A stretch of 64,000 nt of DNA, taken from assembly GCA_039976075.1 (NCBI GenBank), contig JBDWFY010000001.1:159920-223919 (forward strand), written 5' to 3'. Numbering within the stretch: the stretch's first letter is position 1; each line of letters opens with the position of its first letter. Shown piece by piece: positions 37,645-47,115 of the stretch. The notes beneath the pieces are model-generated. The model made no database searches, was not told the origin of the DNA, and saw only the letters and a list, made by a program, of their open reading frames with translations. This stretch comes from Stappiaceae bacterium (GTDB lineage Bacteria > Pseudomonadota > Alphaproteobacteria > Rhizobiales > Stappiaceae). The translations under genes and the position numbers were made by a program.

Positions 37645-38279
37645 GAACGGGGTGTCCTCATTGATCTCAAGATGGCAGAGGATTTAACCTGGGTGGAAGA
37701 GCGTGTCTTGAACATATGCGACAGGGTGGGGAGGGGGCGAGATAATAAGAATGTCGACGGAGCCGTCATTGTAGTGCTTCTTGGATTTGGGAACACTTTT
37801 CTCGATACATGATGCGACCTATCACTTGGCCATACTTCCTGCTACCGAAATATGCATTGTCGATGCATTTGCTTCGGTATCATCCAGAATTTCCGGCACG
37901 GCGGTTTTCGGTCTTCACATGCCGGCATGGTCGTTTGTGATCGCTCTCTGCGTTCTGGCGGCATACGCACTGAAGCTGTCAGATCCGGGCGAGGATGAAC
38001 GGCTGGTCGGCTCTCGGGTAGAGTTGTTCCGTTGATCAGAAAGCTTGCCATCGCGGTCGGACTCTATGTCGTGATCATTTGTGCGAAGAACTTGGTATCG
38101 GTGTTTTTGCAATGTGGGTTGGATGCGTGTCGCACGTTCAACGACCAGATGTTGCAGTGACGCCGTCGCCGATCTTCTCGCTTCATTGTGCGTAAAGTAT
38201 AATAAAATCAGTTAGATATTCTAAACGAAGTCGCAACCAACCTATGATATCAATCAACATAGCACTTGCGTATTCGTAT

Positions 38280-38295
38280 TTTCCTAATTAGGAAA
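38280..38295. promoter_or_regulatory. Perfect 16-bp palindrome TTTCCTAATTAGGAAA immediately upstream of, and overlapping the RBS of, the ArsR-family gene; candidate autoregulatory operator
   Basis: Read from the sequence. ArsR/SmtB regulators typically bind dyads overlapping their own promoter. Confidence 0.4.
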
Positions 38296-38301
38296 GTTTC
38301 T

Positions 38302-38619
38302 ATGGGTGATGTTTTTAAGGCACTTGCGTCGGAGGCGCGACGGCGCATTCTCAATCAGTTGTCGGGTGGACCGATGACCGTTGGTGAAATCGCTGAAAAT
38401 TTCGATATGGCGATGCCGTCAATTTCAAAACACCTTTCAGTGTTGCGCGAAGCCGGATTGATCCGACATCAGAAACGCGGTCAGCACGTACTCTATTTCG
38501 TTGCCGGAGATAATATCGTCAATTCGCTCTACGGATTTTTGACACCATTCTGTCCCGATGCTCGGCGCATCGCAAAAAACCGCAAGGCGAAGGATGCCCA
38601 GAACCGGTCTGAAGATTGA
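38302..38619 (+). CDS. ArsR/SmtB-family transcriptional regulator (no canonical metal-sensing alpha3/alpha5 ligands evident)
   Basis: wHTH 'RRRILNQLSGGPMTVGEIAENFDMAMPSISKHLSVLREAGLI'. Confidence 0.8.
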   Translation: MGDVFKALASEARRRILNQLSGGPMTVGEIAENFDMAMPSISKHLSVLREAGLIRHQKRGQHVLYFVAGDNIVNSLYGFLTPFCPDARRIAKNRKAKDAQNRSED

Positions 38620-38656
38620 ACTCGTTTTGTTTGTATATTTCCTGAGGTGTATTGTT

Positions 38657-39616
38657 ATGACCACCGATCAACCTGACCTATTTCGCCGCATTGATTTTTC
38701 GTCCACCGCCGATCCGCGTTTTGGCACCGTCAGGTGGAGTCCATCCAAGTCTCTTTGGTGGTTTGCCATGCTGTCGGGGTGGACAATTCTGGGTAGCCTG
38801 TATTTCTCAATAAGCGCCGTGGTCGTATTTATCATTACTTGCGCAATAACCCTTTGTTTGGGTCATTCAATCGGAATGCACCGAAAGCTCATCCACGACG
38901 CGTTTGAATGTTCTCCGGCAATGGAGAAAATCTTCGTATATTTGGGCACGCTCGTTGGTCTGGGGGGCCCGTTCACGATGATGCTCAATCATGACATGCG
39001 GGACTGGGCGCAACGGCAGCCACGCTGCCATCCTTTCTTATCCCACCAGAGCCCGATCCTGAAAGATTGGTGGTGGCAGCTTCACTGCAAACTCCATCTC
39101 GACAACCCTCCGGAGTTTCAGTACCCGACCCGTGTTGCCGATAGCCGGTTCTTCCGGTTGATTGAACATACATCAATGATGCAACAACTACCGCCGGGGC
39201 TTCTACTATTCGCTTTCGGCGGGTGGGGCTGGGTTGCCTGGGGCATTTGCGGGCGCGTGTGCGTCTCGATATTTGGTCATTGGATCATTGGATATTTTGC
39301 ACACAACAGCGGCGCTCGCGATTGGCATATCAAGGGTGCAGCGGTACAGGGCCACAATGTTCTTTACTGCGGCCTCATCACATTCGGAGAATGCTGGCAC
39401 AACAATCATCACGCATTCCCCGGATCGGCGAAACTCGGTGTTATGCCGGGACAAGTGGACCCTGGTTGGTGGGTCCTGAAAGGGATGCAGAACCTTGGAT
39501 TGGTCGGCGCTCTGAATGAACCCGCTGATCTGCCGGAGCGAGCCGAGTTATCGGCGATCACTGCAGAGCGGAAACTTGGCCTGAAAAATCAGATTCAGTC
39601 GTTGAACACCGGATAG
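38657..39616 (+). CDS. Membrane fatty-acid desaturase family protein (di-iron, histidine-box enzyme)
   Basis: TM helices plus His boxes 'HRKLIH' and 'HNNHH'. Confidence 0.75.
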   Translation: MTTDQPDLFRRIDFSSTADPRFGTVRWSPSKSLWWFAMLSGWTILGSLYFSISAVVVFIITCAITLCLGHSIGMHRKLIHDAFECSPAMEKIFVYLGTLVGLGGPFTMMLNHDMRDWAQRQPRCHPFLSHQSPILKDWWWQLHCKLHLDNPPEFQYPTRVADSRFFRLIEHTSMMQQLPPGLLLFAFGGWGWVAWGICGRVCVSIFGHWIIGYFAHNSGARDWHIKGAAVQGHNVLYCGLITFGECWHNNHHAFPGSAKLGVMPGQVDPGWWVLKGMQNLGLVGALNEPADLPERAELSAITAERKLGLKNQIQSLNTG

Positions 39617-39686
39617 CGTGAGGGTTCATTATATTATTCGCTGATCCTACGGAATGCCTGAGTGGGGCTTCCGCATTCCCACATCG

Positions 39687-40850
39687 TCAATCGACAATCA
39701 GATGCGGTACGAAACGGGACAGGTCACGCGTGATTTGTGAACTGTCTTCGCGAATACCAATGCCGGCAGGTTCATCACCGACGATCCATGATCCGATGAC
39801 GGTATAGTCGTTTTCAAACTTCGGTACGGGGTGGAACGCCTGTAATATGGTACCTTCTTCGCCGTAGTGACCCGGAGAAACTTCCGGCGGTTGATCCGGA
39901 TGGTAAATCTCGACGTTTGCCCCTTCGCGACTGAACAGCGGCTTTTTAACGTAGGACATGTCCGGCGGGGGCGGTTGGTTGTCAGATTCAAATGTCGAAG
40001 GAAGCAAATTGGGATGATCGGGGAACATTTCCCACAACAGGGGAAGAATGCCTTTATTTGAAAGAATGGCCTTCCATGGCGGCTCAATCAACTTGATTGG
40101 CGAACGAGGCAGGAGAGGGCCGTATTCTTCCCGAAGCATGTCCTCATAGGGATAGAGTTTGAACAGATTGTCGATGATGAATTCATCATTATCGGCAAAC
40201 CGTCCTTCAGCGTCGGCCCCGATGTCTTCTACAAACAGGAAGTGACTTATAAGCCCCGCCTGTGTTGCACAGTCCTGAAGGTATTTCACGGTTGCCCGGT
40301 CTTCGTCACTGCCCTTGCAACTGGCAAAATGCACATGGCATCCAGGGGCAAACATTTTACCAAGCCGTGCGATCAGTTTGTCCTGCACCGAATTGAACTG
40401 ATCTGACCCTTCAGAAATGATGCCACGCGCCTTTTGCTCTTCAAACCAGTTCCACTGAAAGAAGCCTGTTTCGTAGAGTGCGGTTGGCGTGTCGGCGTTG
40501 AATTCCAGCAGTTTGGCTGGACCCTGGCCGTCATAAAGCAAATCAAACCGACCATAGAGAGAGGGTTCGCTTTCCTTCCAGGAGTTGCGGATCCAGTCCC
40601 AGTAGATCTCCGGAATTGCAAGCTTCTTGAGGACTTCTTCGCTGTCGATCACACGATCAACCAACTCCAGACAACAGCCATAGAGCTCGGCTGACACATC
40701 TTCCAGATCCTCTTCGATCTGCTTGAGCGTGAATACATAGGCCCGGCTTTCATCCCAGTAAGGTTCGCCGTACATTGTATGAAAGATGAAACCCAGATCT
40801 TCAGCCTGCTTTTTCCAGTCAGGCCGCTCCTCCAGTAAAATTCGTTTCAT
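39687..40850 (-). CDS. Glutathionylspermidine synthase-family (pre-ATP-grasp) protein, YjfC/YgiC-like
   Basis: 'LYGRFDLLYDG...KLLEFNADTPT' and 'WKAILSNKGILPLLWEMFPDHPNLLP' match the GspS synthetase domain. Confidence 0.85.
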   Translation of the reverse strand: MKRILLEERPDWKKQAEDLGFIFHTMYGEPYWDESRAYVFTLKQIEEDLEDVSAELYGCCLELVDRVIDSEEVLKKLAIPEIYWDWIRNSWKESEPSLYGRFDLLYDGQGPAKLLEFNADTPTALYETGFFQWNWFEEQKARGIISEGSDQFNSVQDKLIARLGKMFAPGCHVHFASCKGSDEDRATVKYLQDCATQAGLISHFLFVEDIGADAEGRFADNDEFIIDNLFKLYPYEDMLREEYGPLLPRSPIKLIEPPWKAILSNKGILPLLWEMFPDHPNLLPSTFESDNQPPPPDMSYVKKPLFSREGANVEIYHPDQPPEVSPGHYGEEGTILQAFHPVPKFENDYTVIGSWIVGDEPAGIGIREDSSQITRDLSRFVPHLIVD

Positions 40851-40856
40851 GTGATT

Positions 40857-41528
40857 TTACAGCTTTGCCAGTAGAGCTTGAACGTCGTGACTGCCAGGGC
40901 TTTCCAGCTTGCGGATTTTTGCCTCAAGATCCGACCCGGACTCGATTTGGGCTTCCTGCTCAGCAGCTTCCAGCATCGCTGTTTGATGCGCCTGTCGGTG
41001 TTCCAGCCGCTCCAGGCTCTCAACGGCACTGGCGAGTTTGCCATCTGATGCCACGGAACTGGTAGAAGAAGCTTTCTGAGCCGCAATCAGCGCTTCAGTC
41101 GCCTTGGCGCTCTCGATTTTACGCTGCAGGTTTTCGATCTTGTTCTGAGACTGGCGGATTGAGCTTTCCATACGCTCTTCTGTGTCTTTGTATTGCGTAT
41201 GCAACTGTTCATCGGCTTGCATCTTATCCCGAAGTTTAATGATGCTTTCAACAATCTGGATTGCAAGCGGCTCATCGCCTGTTTCTTTGGCTGTGCGGGC
41301 AGCTGCAGTTCTGCGTTCGATTTCCGAGACAAATTCGGTGATCGATTTTTCTTTCATCACGCGATTTGCCGCCATCCGCGCTTTTTCGTCCTTGGCTTTG
41401 GATATGGCTGCTTTGGCATCCCGGACTTCCTGATCGAGAATGACCATCAGATTGGAGTCCTGAACCGCTTCTGCGGCGTTGTTGGCATGACCTTTAAATG
41501 CCGTCGCCAGTTTCTTCCAGACACTCAT
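40857..41528 (-). CDS. PspA/IM30-family protein (YjfJ-like)
   Basis: 'MSVWKKLATAFKGHANNAAEAVQD...LDQEVRDAKAAISKA' followed by a long coiled coil. Confidence 0.85.
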   Translation of the reverse strand: MSVWKKLATAFKGHANNAAEAVQDSNLMVILDQEVRDAKAAISKAKDEKARMAANRVMKEKSITEFVSEIERRTAAARTAKETGDEPLAIQIVESIIKLRDKMQADEQLHTQYKDTEERMESSIRQSQNKIENLQRKIESAKATEALIAAQKASSTSSVASDGKLASAVESLERLEHRQAHQTAMLEAAEQEAQIESGSDLEAKIRKLESPGSHDVQALLAKL

Positions 41529-41565
41529 GTGTTGTCTCCTTTAAACGTATCTGCGCGCGTGGTTG

Positions 41566-42003
41566 TCAGGCCGCGTTGGGGCCAACTTCACTTGCCAGTT
41601 CGAGCGCGCTGTTGGCGATTGTGCGGAATTCCGTGATCACCGAGGGAAGAACCGAGTGCGAAGACATCGCGCCAAACAATTCGTAATATTCACGATCACC
41701 GACCTGATCGATGGACAGCGCGCACAGCGGCAGCAGATTTTTGTGGGTGCGGAGCATCATCGCCTCGAAGGAGGCTGGGTCATCCTGTTCATCCCGTGGC
41801 CAGAGAACCGTAGTTGTGATGATTTGCTCGCCGTTTACGGCAACAAAGAGACGAATGTTTCCCGCAGCTTCGACATTGACCTCCAGAACATTGTTTGCTC
41901 CGGCCTTGATTTCACAAGACATCTCTCCGGGCAAAAGGTGTTCGGAAGTCTCAAGCGCTTGTTTAAGACTGTCGACCGTCCAGGGCGTCGCTACGGCGTC
42001 CAT
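41566..42003 (-). CDS. DUF2170-family protein (YjfI-like)
   Basis: 'REYYELFGAMSSHSVLPSVITEFRTIANSALEL' matches the YjfI C-terminal pattern. Confidence 0.55.
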   Translation of the reverse strand: MDAVATPWTVDSLKQALETSEHLLPGEMSCEIKAGANNVLEVNVEAAGNIRLFVAVNGEQIITTTVLWPRDEQDDPASFEAMMLRTHKNLLPLCALSIDQVGDREYYELFGAMSSHSVLPSVITEFRTIANSALELASEVGPNAA

Positions 42004-42403
42004 ATGTACTGTCTCCTGTATTCATCACTAAAGCGTCCGGTGGACTGATTTATTTCATGCAAATGTTGATAGGCAACTTATGCACCAAGGGCAAAGGTTA
42101 GAGCAGTGTTTGCTCGATTTATCTGGGGGCGGGCATCGGTGAAAATCAAATCTGCCAAACGTCCTTATAAGAGCATTGCGCCATCAAAGTATGAACGCGA
42201 TCATTGAATGTAAACCTGTGAGATGAAATATCCGCTGGAACAATTGTTGTTGACAGAGTCGGTTGAGATGTTGAGGCTCTGTTCCATTGGGTCTGGGAAA
42301 ACTGTATATAAACAACGTAATCACAATTATTGAAACAACGATCTACCTGTCGCCTCAAATTTCTTCGCGTACTTTCCCCAATTGAAGCAAAGTAGTCCAG
42401 CTG

Positions 42404-43459
42404 GTGCCTGTCCTTTTTAACATCGTCAGCCGTCTTTATTCTCATATCATCGAGTTGAAGACCTGGATTCTGTTCGCAATTCTGTTCGGATATTTATTCA
42501 TTTCGTGGGCGTTGTTTTTTCTCGCCGGCGAAGTCGACCTAACGCACGATATAACGAATTATTTGTATTTTGCGGCAACCACCGCATCCACCGTGGGATA
42601 TGGTGATCTGTCGCCGCAAACTGCAGCCGGTCGACTGATCGCAGCATTCTGGTTTTTCCCCGGCGCTTTGGTGATATTCACGGCCGTTTTGGGAAAACTG
42701 ACATCATTGTTGGTAGAAGGAGTGAGACGTATGGCCGATGGTCGGGGTAATTTTGAACATGTCTCCGATGCAACCGTGGTCATCGGATATCATGCCGAAA
42801 GAACCAGTCGGATGATTGACGACATGATCGCAGGGCACGACGATGAGAAAGTCATCATCCTGATGGCCACGGGGCAGGACATCAACGTTCCCGATGGTGT
42901 CAAATATGTCCGCGCGGAAAGACTGGATGCACTTGCTTCTCTTCGCAGAGCCGGGATTCAACATGCGAGGAACGTGCTCGTTTATGCCGATACGGACGCT
43001 GAGACATTCAACACCTGTCTGGCCGTGCGTGAGCTAAACGAAGATGTGCATGTGGCCGCCTATTTTGGCGACCGTGATACTGCCCGCCGGGCAGGGCGTC
43101 TGGCAGAGATCGAAACGGTCGTCTCCAACTCTACAGAGGTCCTGGTGCGCGCCGCACAGGATCCAGGTGCAAGCAAGGTGTTGATGGCTCTTAGCTCGGC
43201 GAGGGAAAGTTCCACCATATATTCAGGGCCACTGAGCGAGGCGGGCAGTTGCAATGTGACCAAGCTGGAGACCCAGCTCGCTTCCGTTCACGCATTGCTT
43301 CTGGCCGTGTCGTGTGAAAAGGGGGATGATGTAATATTTCGCCCATTCCCGGAGACACTCGGCTCCGAAGCCGTTATCTATTATGTCGCTGGCGATCGCC
43401 TTGCGTCAGATGTGTGGGATCAGGTAACGGAGAGTGCACGTGTTCGGTCGGTGGCGTAA
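42404..43459 (+). CDS. Two-TM potassium channel with a C-terminal RCK/TrkA-N-like regulatory domain
   Basis: Selectivity filter 'TTASTVGYGDLSP' between two TM helices. The C-terminal Rossmann-like region begins 'TVVIGYH'. Confidence 0.8.
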   Translation: MPVLFNIVSRLYSHIIELKTWILFAILFGYLFISWALFFLAGEVDLTHDITNYLYFAATTASTVGYGDLSPQTAAGRLIAAFWFFPGALVIFTAVLGKLTSLLVEGVRRMADGRGNFEHVSDATVVIGYHAERTSRMIDDMIAGHDDEKVIILMATGQDINVPDGVKYVRAERLDALASLRRAGIQHARNVLVYADTDAETFNTCLAVRELNEDVHVAAYFGDRDTARRAGRLAEIETVVSNSTEVLVRAAQDPGASKVLMALSSARESSTIYSGPLSEAGSCNVTKLETQLASVHALLLAVSCEKGDDVIFRPFPETLGSEAVIYYVAGDRLASDVWDQVTESARVRSVA

Positions 43460-44084
43460 GAACAAAGAAGATGCGGAATTACCGCAAATTCTCGATGTAA
43501 CGATTGACCGGGCTGTGAATATTGATCCGATGGCGGTCAAGCTCTGGCCGGCGGACTCGCTCTTGGCTGAGCGTCCCACAACCCTGATGGTCGTTGCGCA
43601 GGGGCACTGTGATCTGGGCGAGGACTCCCATCTGCACCGGTTCTATAAAGATGACGATACAGCCATGCTGCAAATTCAGGGTGGTGACGGGCAGAAGGAC
43701 ATGCGCGTCGACGAGATCATGCTCTGGGAATATTTCGATGTGCAGTATCCCACAAGCGAAACCGATTGGAAAAAAACCAAAGAGGCCATTCGGCAGACGC
43801 AATTTGTGCTGCAGAGCGAAAACGAACCCATTACGTTTGATCGCGTCTGGTTTGATAGCTCCAATTCGCCGGAGGACCCGATGACCTATTGGGAAACAGT
43901 TCATAGTCGCAGAGACAAATCCGCGGCACGGAAAATTTTCCAGACCGCGATGCTGTTCGGGCGCACCCTGAGCGATGGCGAGGATGAAATGCTTTTGGTC
44001 AACATGGAAGAACCGGAGGAATCGGAACGGTCCGTGGCCTACATGGTCGGACGATCGCTGGCACAGCACAATCTGGAAGTCTGA
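43434..44084 (+). CDS. DUF2491-family protein (YjfK-like)
   Basis: 'AQGHCDLGEDSHLHRFY' matches the YjfK conserved core. It overlaps the channel gene's 3' end by 26 nt in another frame. A later start (43530) is possible. Confidence 0.55.
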   Translation: MHVFGRWRKNKEDAELPQILDVTIDRAVNIDPMAVKLWPADSLLAERPTTLMVVAQGHCDLGEDSHLHRFYKDDDTAMLQIQGGDGQKDMRVDEIMLWEYFDVQYPTSETDWKKTKEAIRQTQFVLQSENEPITFDRVWFDSSNSPEDPMTYWETVHSRRDKSAARKIFQTAMLFGRTLSDGEDEMLLVNMEEPEESERSVAYMVGRSLAQHNLEV

Positions 44085-44142
44085 ATTTTACGTCCAAACG
44101 CAAAACAAACTATCGATTGATACAAACTGAGGAGAGATCCGC

Positions 44143-44565
44143 GTGGAGCCAATTCTGGCAAATTCCCAAACGTCCCTCACGGGACTGGTTCTATTTGTTG
44201 CCTACTTTGTGACAGCGATTGTACTGTTGCTGATTTTCATGAAGATTTACACGATGTTGACGCCCTTTGATGACGTCGCGCTGATCAAAGCCAACAATGT
44301 CTCGGCATCTGTTGTTTTCGTGGGCGCCATGCTCGGGTTTGGGGCACCAATCGCCAGCGCAGCAGCCAATTCCATCAGTCTTCTCGACTTCGCCATATGG
44401 GCCGGCATTGCCGGGATTGTGCAAATTTTGACCTTTCTTGCGTTCCGGAAATTTTATCCGCTGGTCTCTGATCGGATCGAAAAGGGGGAAATCGCGGTGG
44501 CAATAAAGCTGGGAGGTCTCTCAGTTACGGTCGGCCTCATCAACGCGGCTTGTATCACGTACTGA
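44143..44565 (+). CDS. DUF350-family inner-membrane protein (YjfL-like)
   Basis: 'SLTGLVLFVAYFVTAIVLLLIFMKIYTMLTPFD...LIKANN' and the C-terminal 'GLINAACITY' closely match E. coli YjfL. Confidence 0.8.
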   Translation: MEPILANSQTSLTGLVLFVAYFVTAIVLLLIFMKIYTMLTPFDDVALIKANNVSASVVFVGAMLGFGAPIASAAANSISLLDFAIWAGIAGIVQILTFLAFRKFYPLVSDRIEKGEIAVAIKLGGLSVTVGLINAACITY

Positions 44566-44623
44566 GCCCCATGCTATTTATAGGTCCAAATATTTTTAGG
44601 CATTGCAAACAGGAGCACGCCTC

Positions 44624-45181
44624 ATGAAGCGTTCCGGCCCGCTTAATCTGATGCTCATGGCAACCACCGCCTTTGCGGTGGCAGGTTGCGAAGACCCTCA
44701 GGTGGAAGGCAACTATTATAAAACCGTCGAACAATGCATATCCAGCGGCGCATTTTCAGAGGTGGAATGTCGGGAAGCCTTTGTTGCCGGGAGACGGATG
44801 AACACTGATTCCGCTCCCCGATACAACTCCCGCCAGCTCTGTGAGCAACAGCATGGCTTATCTGATTGCGACCAGCGGACAAACACCTCTGGATCAGGAT
44901 CTTATTTTGTTCCATTGGCAACAGGGTATTTCATCGGTCAGGCTGTTGGTGGTGCCTCGGATAACTGGAATAATCGTGTCCGGCCGATTTATCCCGCGGC
45001 CAGTCGGCGCGGCGCGTACACCTCGGGAGGCGGCGTTCTTTTCTATAATAACTCGACACGTCGATACAGCCTCCCGTCCCAGGATCTCTCTAAACCACCG
45101 GCTCCGGCGAAAGTGCAGACACGGACGTCGGTCGCCTCAAGAGGCGGCTTCGGCAGTCGGTCTCGCAGTGGCGGCAGTTAG
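44624..45181 (+). CDS. DUF1190-like lipoprotein (YjfM-like)
   Basis: Lipobox 'AFAVAGC', Cys-rich N-domain and a Gly/Ser/Arg-rich C-terminus. Confidence 0.5.
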   Translation: MKRSGPLNLMLMATTAFAVAGCEDPQVEGNYYKTVEQCISSGAFSEVECREAFVAGRRMNTDSAPRYNSRQLCEQQHGLSDCDQRTNTSGSGSYFVPLATGYFIGQAVGGASDNWNNRVRPIYPAASRRGAYTSGGGVLFYNNSTRRYSLPSQDLSKPPAPAKVQTRTSVASRGGFGSRSRSGGS

Positions 45182-45266
45182 CACCAGTAAACGAGAGAAC
45201 ACATTCGAGAAGGTTGGTTGATCAGTCACTGGTGACCTCCATGGAGAAGTTCAGCCAATTGCGGGA

Positions 45267-46088
45267 CTAAATCAACGCGTTATCCTGACAGAAGGACAAA
45301 GACTGGTTGACCACAAATGCGGGATTTTCCATAGGAAGCATATGAGCAGTGCCGGGACAGGTAACGGACCTTGCGCCCCGGATTGAGTTCGCCATCATTT
45401 TCTGCCTTTCCAGAATGTCTGGAAAATCCAGATCGCCCTGAAGCAAAAGCACCGGCATTTCCAGATCGCTCAGTCTCTCAAGGGCTGACGGCGGATCACT
45501 CCGCTGCGTCAACTCAGGGTGCTGCAATGCGATGCCGTTCATGTCGAGAAACAGATCTCGCGTCGGGCCCGATATTCGCCCCTCCGTACTTCGCGGACCA
45601 TCGAGCCACATATGCGCTTCAATCCGGTTGACTTCATCCCAGTCTTCCGCCTCTTCAGCGATGTCGAGCGCTTCTATCAAGGGTTGGATATCGATGGGGT
45701 CTTCGGATGCGGGAGCGCCACTCAGGGCGCTGGCAATGAGTATGAGGGCTTTGACACGATCTGGATTGGACAATGCATAATCAATGGCGATCCTTCCGCC
45801 TTGGGAGCAACCAAGTAAGACGGCGCGATCAATTGTTCTGCGGTCCAGCAGTGCCTCGAAGTCCCTCATATGGCTGAAGGGCACGTCCTGTGTTGCTGTT
45901 TCACCATAACCGCGCCGGTCATATGACAGCAGGGAAAACTGCGCGCCGAGCCCTTCCTGCAAACCCGTGAACATTCGATTATCAGCAACGCCGGCATGAA
46001 GGCACATAAACGGGGGGCCGCTTCCAGCCTGCCAGCCGGAGAACGTCGCATTATCCAGTTGTTCTTTAAAATCCAGCACGTTAGACAT
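45267..46088 (-). CDS. Alpha/beta-hydrolase fold protein
   Basis: Nucleophile elbow 'GCSQGG', a C-terminal His ('GTAHM') and an abhydrolase pattern. The long upstream extension in the ORF track is not coding. Confidence 0.7.
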   Translation of the reverse strand: MSNVLDFKEQLDNATFSGWQAGSGPPFMCLHAGVADNRMFTGLQEGLGAQFSLLSYDRRGYGETATQDVPFSHMRDFEALLDRRTIDRAVLLGCSQGGRIAIDYALSNPDRVKALILIASALSGAPASEDPIDIQPLIEALDIAEEAEDWDEVNRIEAHMWLDGPRSTEGRISGPTRDLFLDMNGIALQHPELTQRSDPPSALERLSDLEMPVLLLQGDLDFPDILERQKMMANSIRGARSVTCPGTAHMLPMENPAFVVNQSLSFCQDNALI

Positions 46089-46290
46089 TGATCTGACGTT
46101 CCACTTAAAATTGAAGAATTGTGCAATAACCACCATTATATCAGATCTGATGTGGCTGCGCACCGCACGCATGGATTGACGTGGCAGCATATCTTGTGGC
46201 ACACAACAGCCATGGGGCCTCGCGAACGCCCCGTGAGGCGTCAGCCCAAGGATCGCATCCATGTAACCCGTTGTTATGGGAGGATGCATT

Positions 46291-47115
46291 ATGGCGTCAC
46301 CAACTGAAATTACCGTATCCCAGCTTTCCAGAATAATTGGCACACCGGAATGTCCGGTGCTTGTCGATACGTGTATCGACGAAGATTTCGATGCTGATGC
46401 CCGGTACGTCCCATCGTCTTTCCGGCACTCCTTCAAACAGATTGAGGCGCTCATTCCGTCTATTGGCAGCCGGAAAGTCATCGTTATCTGCAAAAAGGGA
46501 TTGAAGCTTAGTCAAGGTGCGGCAGCCTTGCTGAGAAATGCCGGTATCGCGGCAGAGAGCCTTGAAGGCGGTAAATACGCCTGGCGTGATGCCGGACTTC
46601 CGCTTGTTCCCGCTGAGAAAATTCCACAGCGCAATCCCGCCGGACAAACTGTATGGGTGACGCGGCAGAGACCGAAAATCGACCGGATTGCCTGTCCATG
46701 GCTGATCCGACGCTTCATTGATCCCGGCGCGCAGTTTCTTTTCGTTGCTCCGTCCGAAGTGATGAACGTTGCTGACTATTTCGATGCAACACCTTTTGAT
46801 GTGGATGACGTTTTCTTTAGCCACCGGAGTGATTTATGCAGTTTCGATACCATGATTGAGGAATTTTCTCTTCTGACCGAACCGCTTCGTCATCTTGCCG
46901 TTATCATTCGCGGGGCAGATACCAACAAGCATGATCTCGCACCGGAATCAGCTGGATTGCTGGCAGCCTCTCTTGGCCTGTCCAGGATGTATCGGAACGA
47001 CCTGAACCAGCTGGATGCGGGGATGCACATCTATGACGCGTTTTATCGATGGGCTCGGGATGCCACGGATGAAGGGCACGATTGGCCCGCAAGCAGCAAT
47101 AAAAGGGCAGGGTGA
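46291..47115 (+). CDS. chrB: ChrB-family chromate resistance regulator-like protein (rhodanese-like N-domain plus ChrB C-domain)
   Basis: 'RIACPWLIRRFIDP' and the ChrB C-terminal pattern. It is directly upstream of, and overlapping, chrA. Confidence 0.7.
   Translation: MASPTEITVSQLSRIIGTPECPVLVDTCIDEDFDADARYVPSSFRHSFKQIEALIPSIGSRKVIVICKKGLKLSQGAAALLRNAGIAAESLEGGKYAWRDAGLPLVPAEKIPQRNPAGQTVWVTRQRPKIDRIACPWLIRRFIDPGAQFLFVAPSEVMNVADYFDATPFDVDDVFFSHRSDLCSFDTMIEEFSLLTEPLRHLAVIIRGADTNKHDLAPESAGLLAASLGLSRMYRNDLNQLDAGMHIYDAFYRWARDATDEGHDWPASSNKRAG

Noticed and set aside
45267-46493. 408-aa version of the alpha/beta hydrolase ORF
   Set aside because: The first 135 residues are Ser/His/Cys-rich and non-protein-like, and they run into the divergent chrB promoter region. 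The hydrolase fold begins at Met136 (46088).
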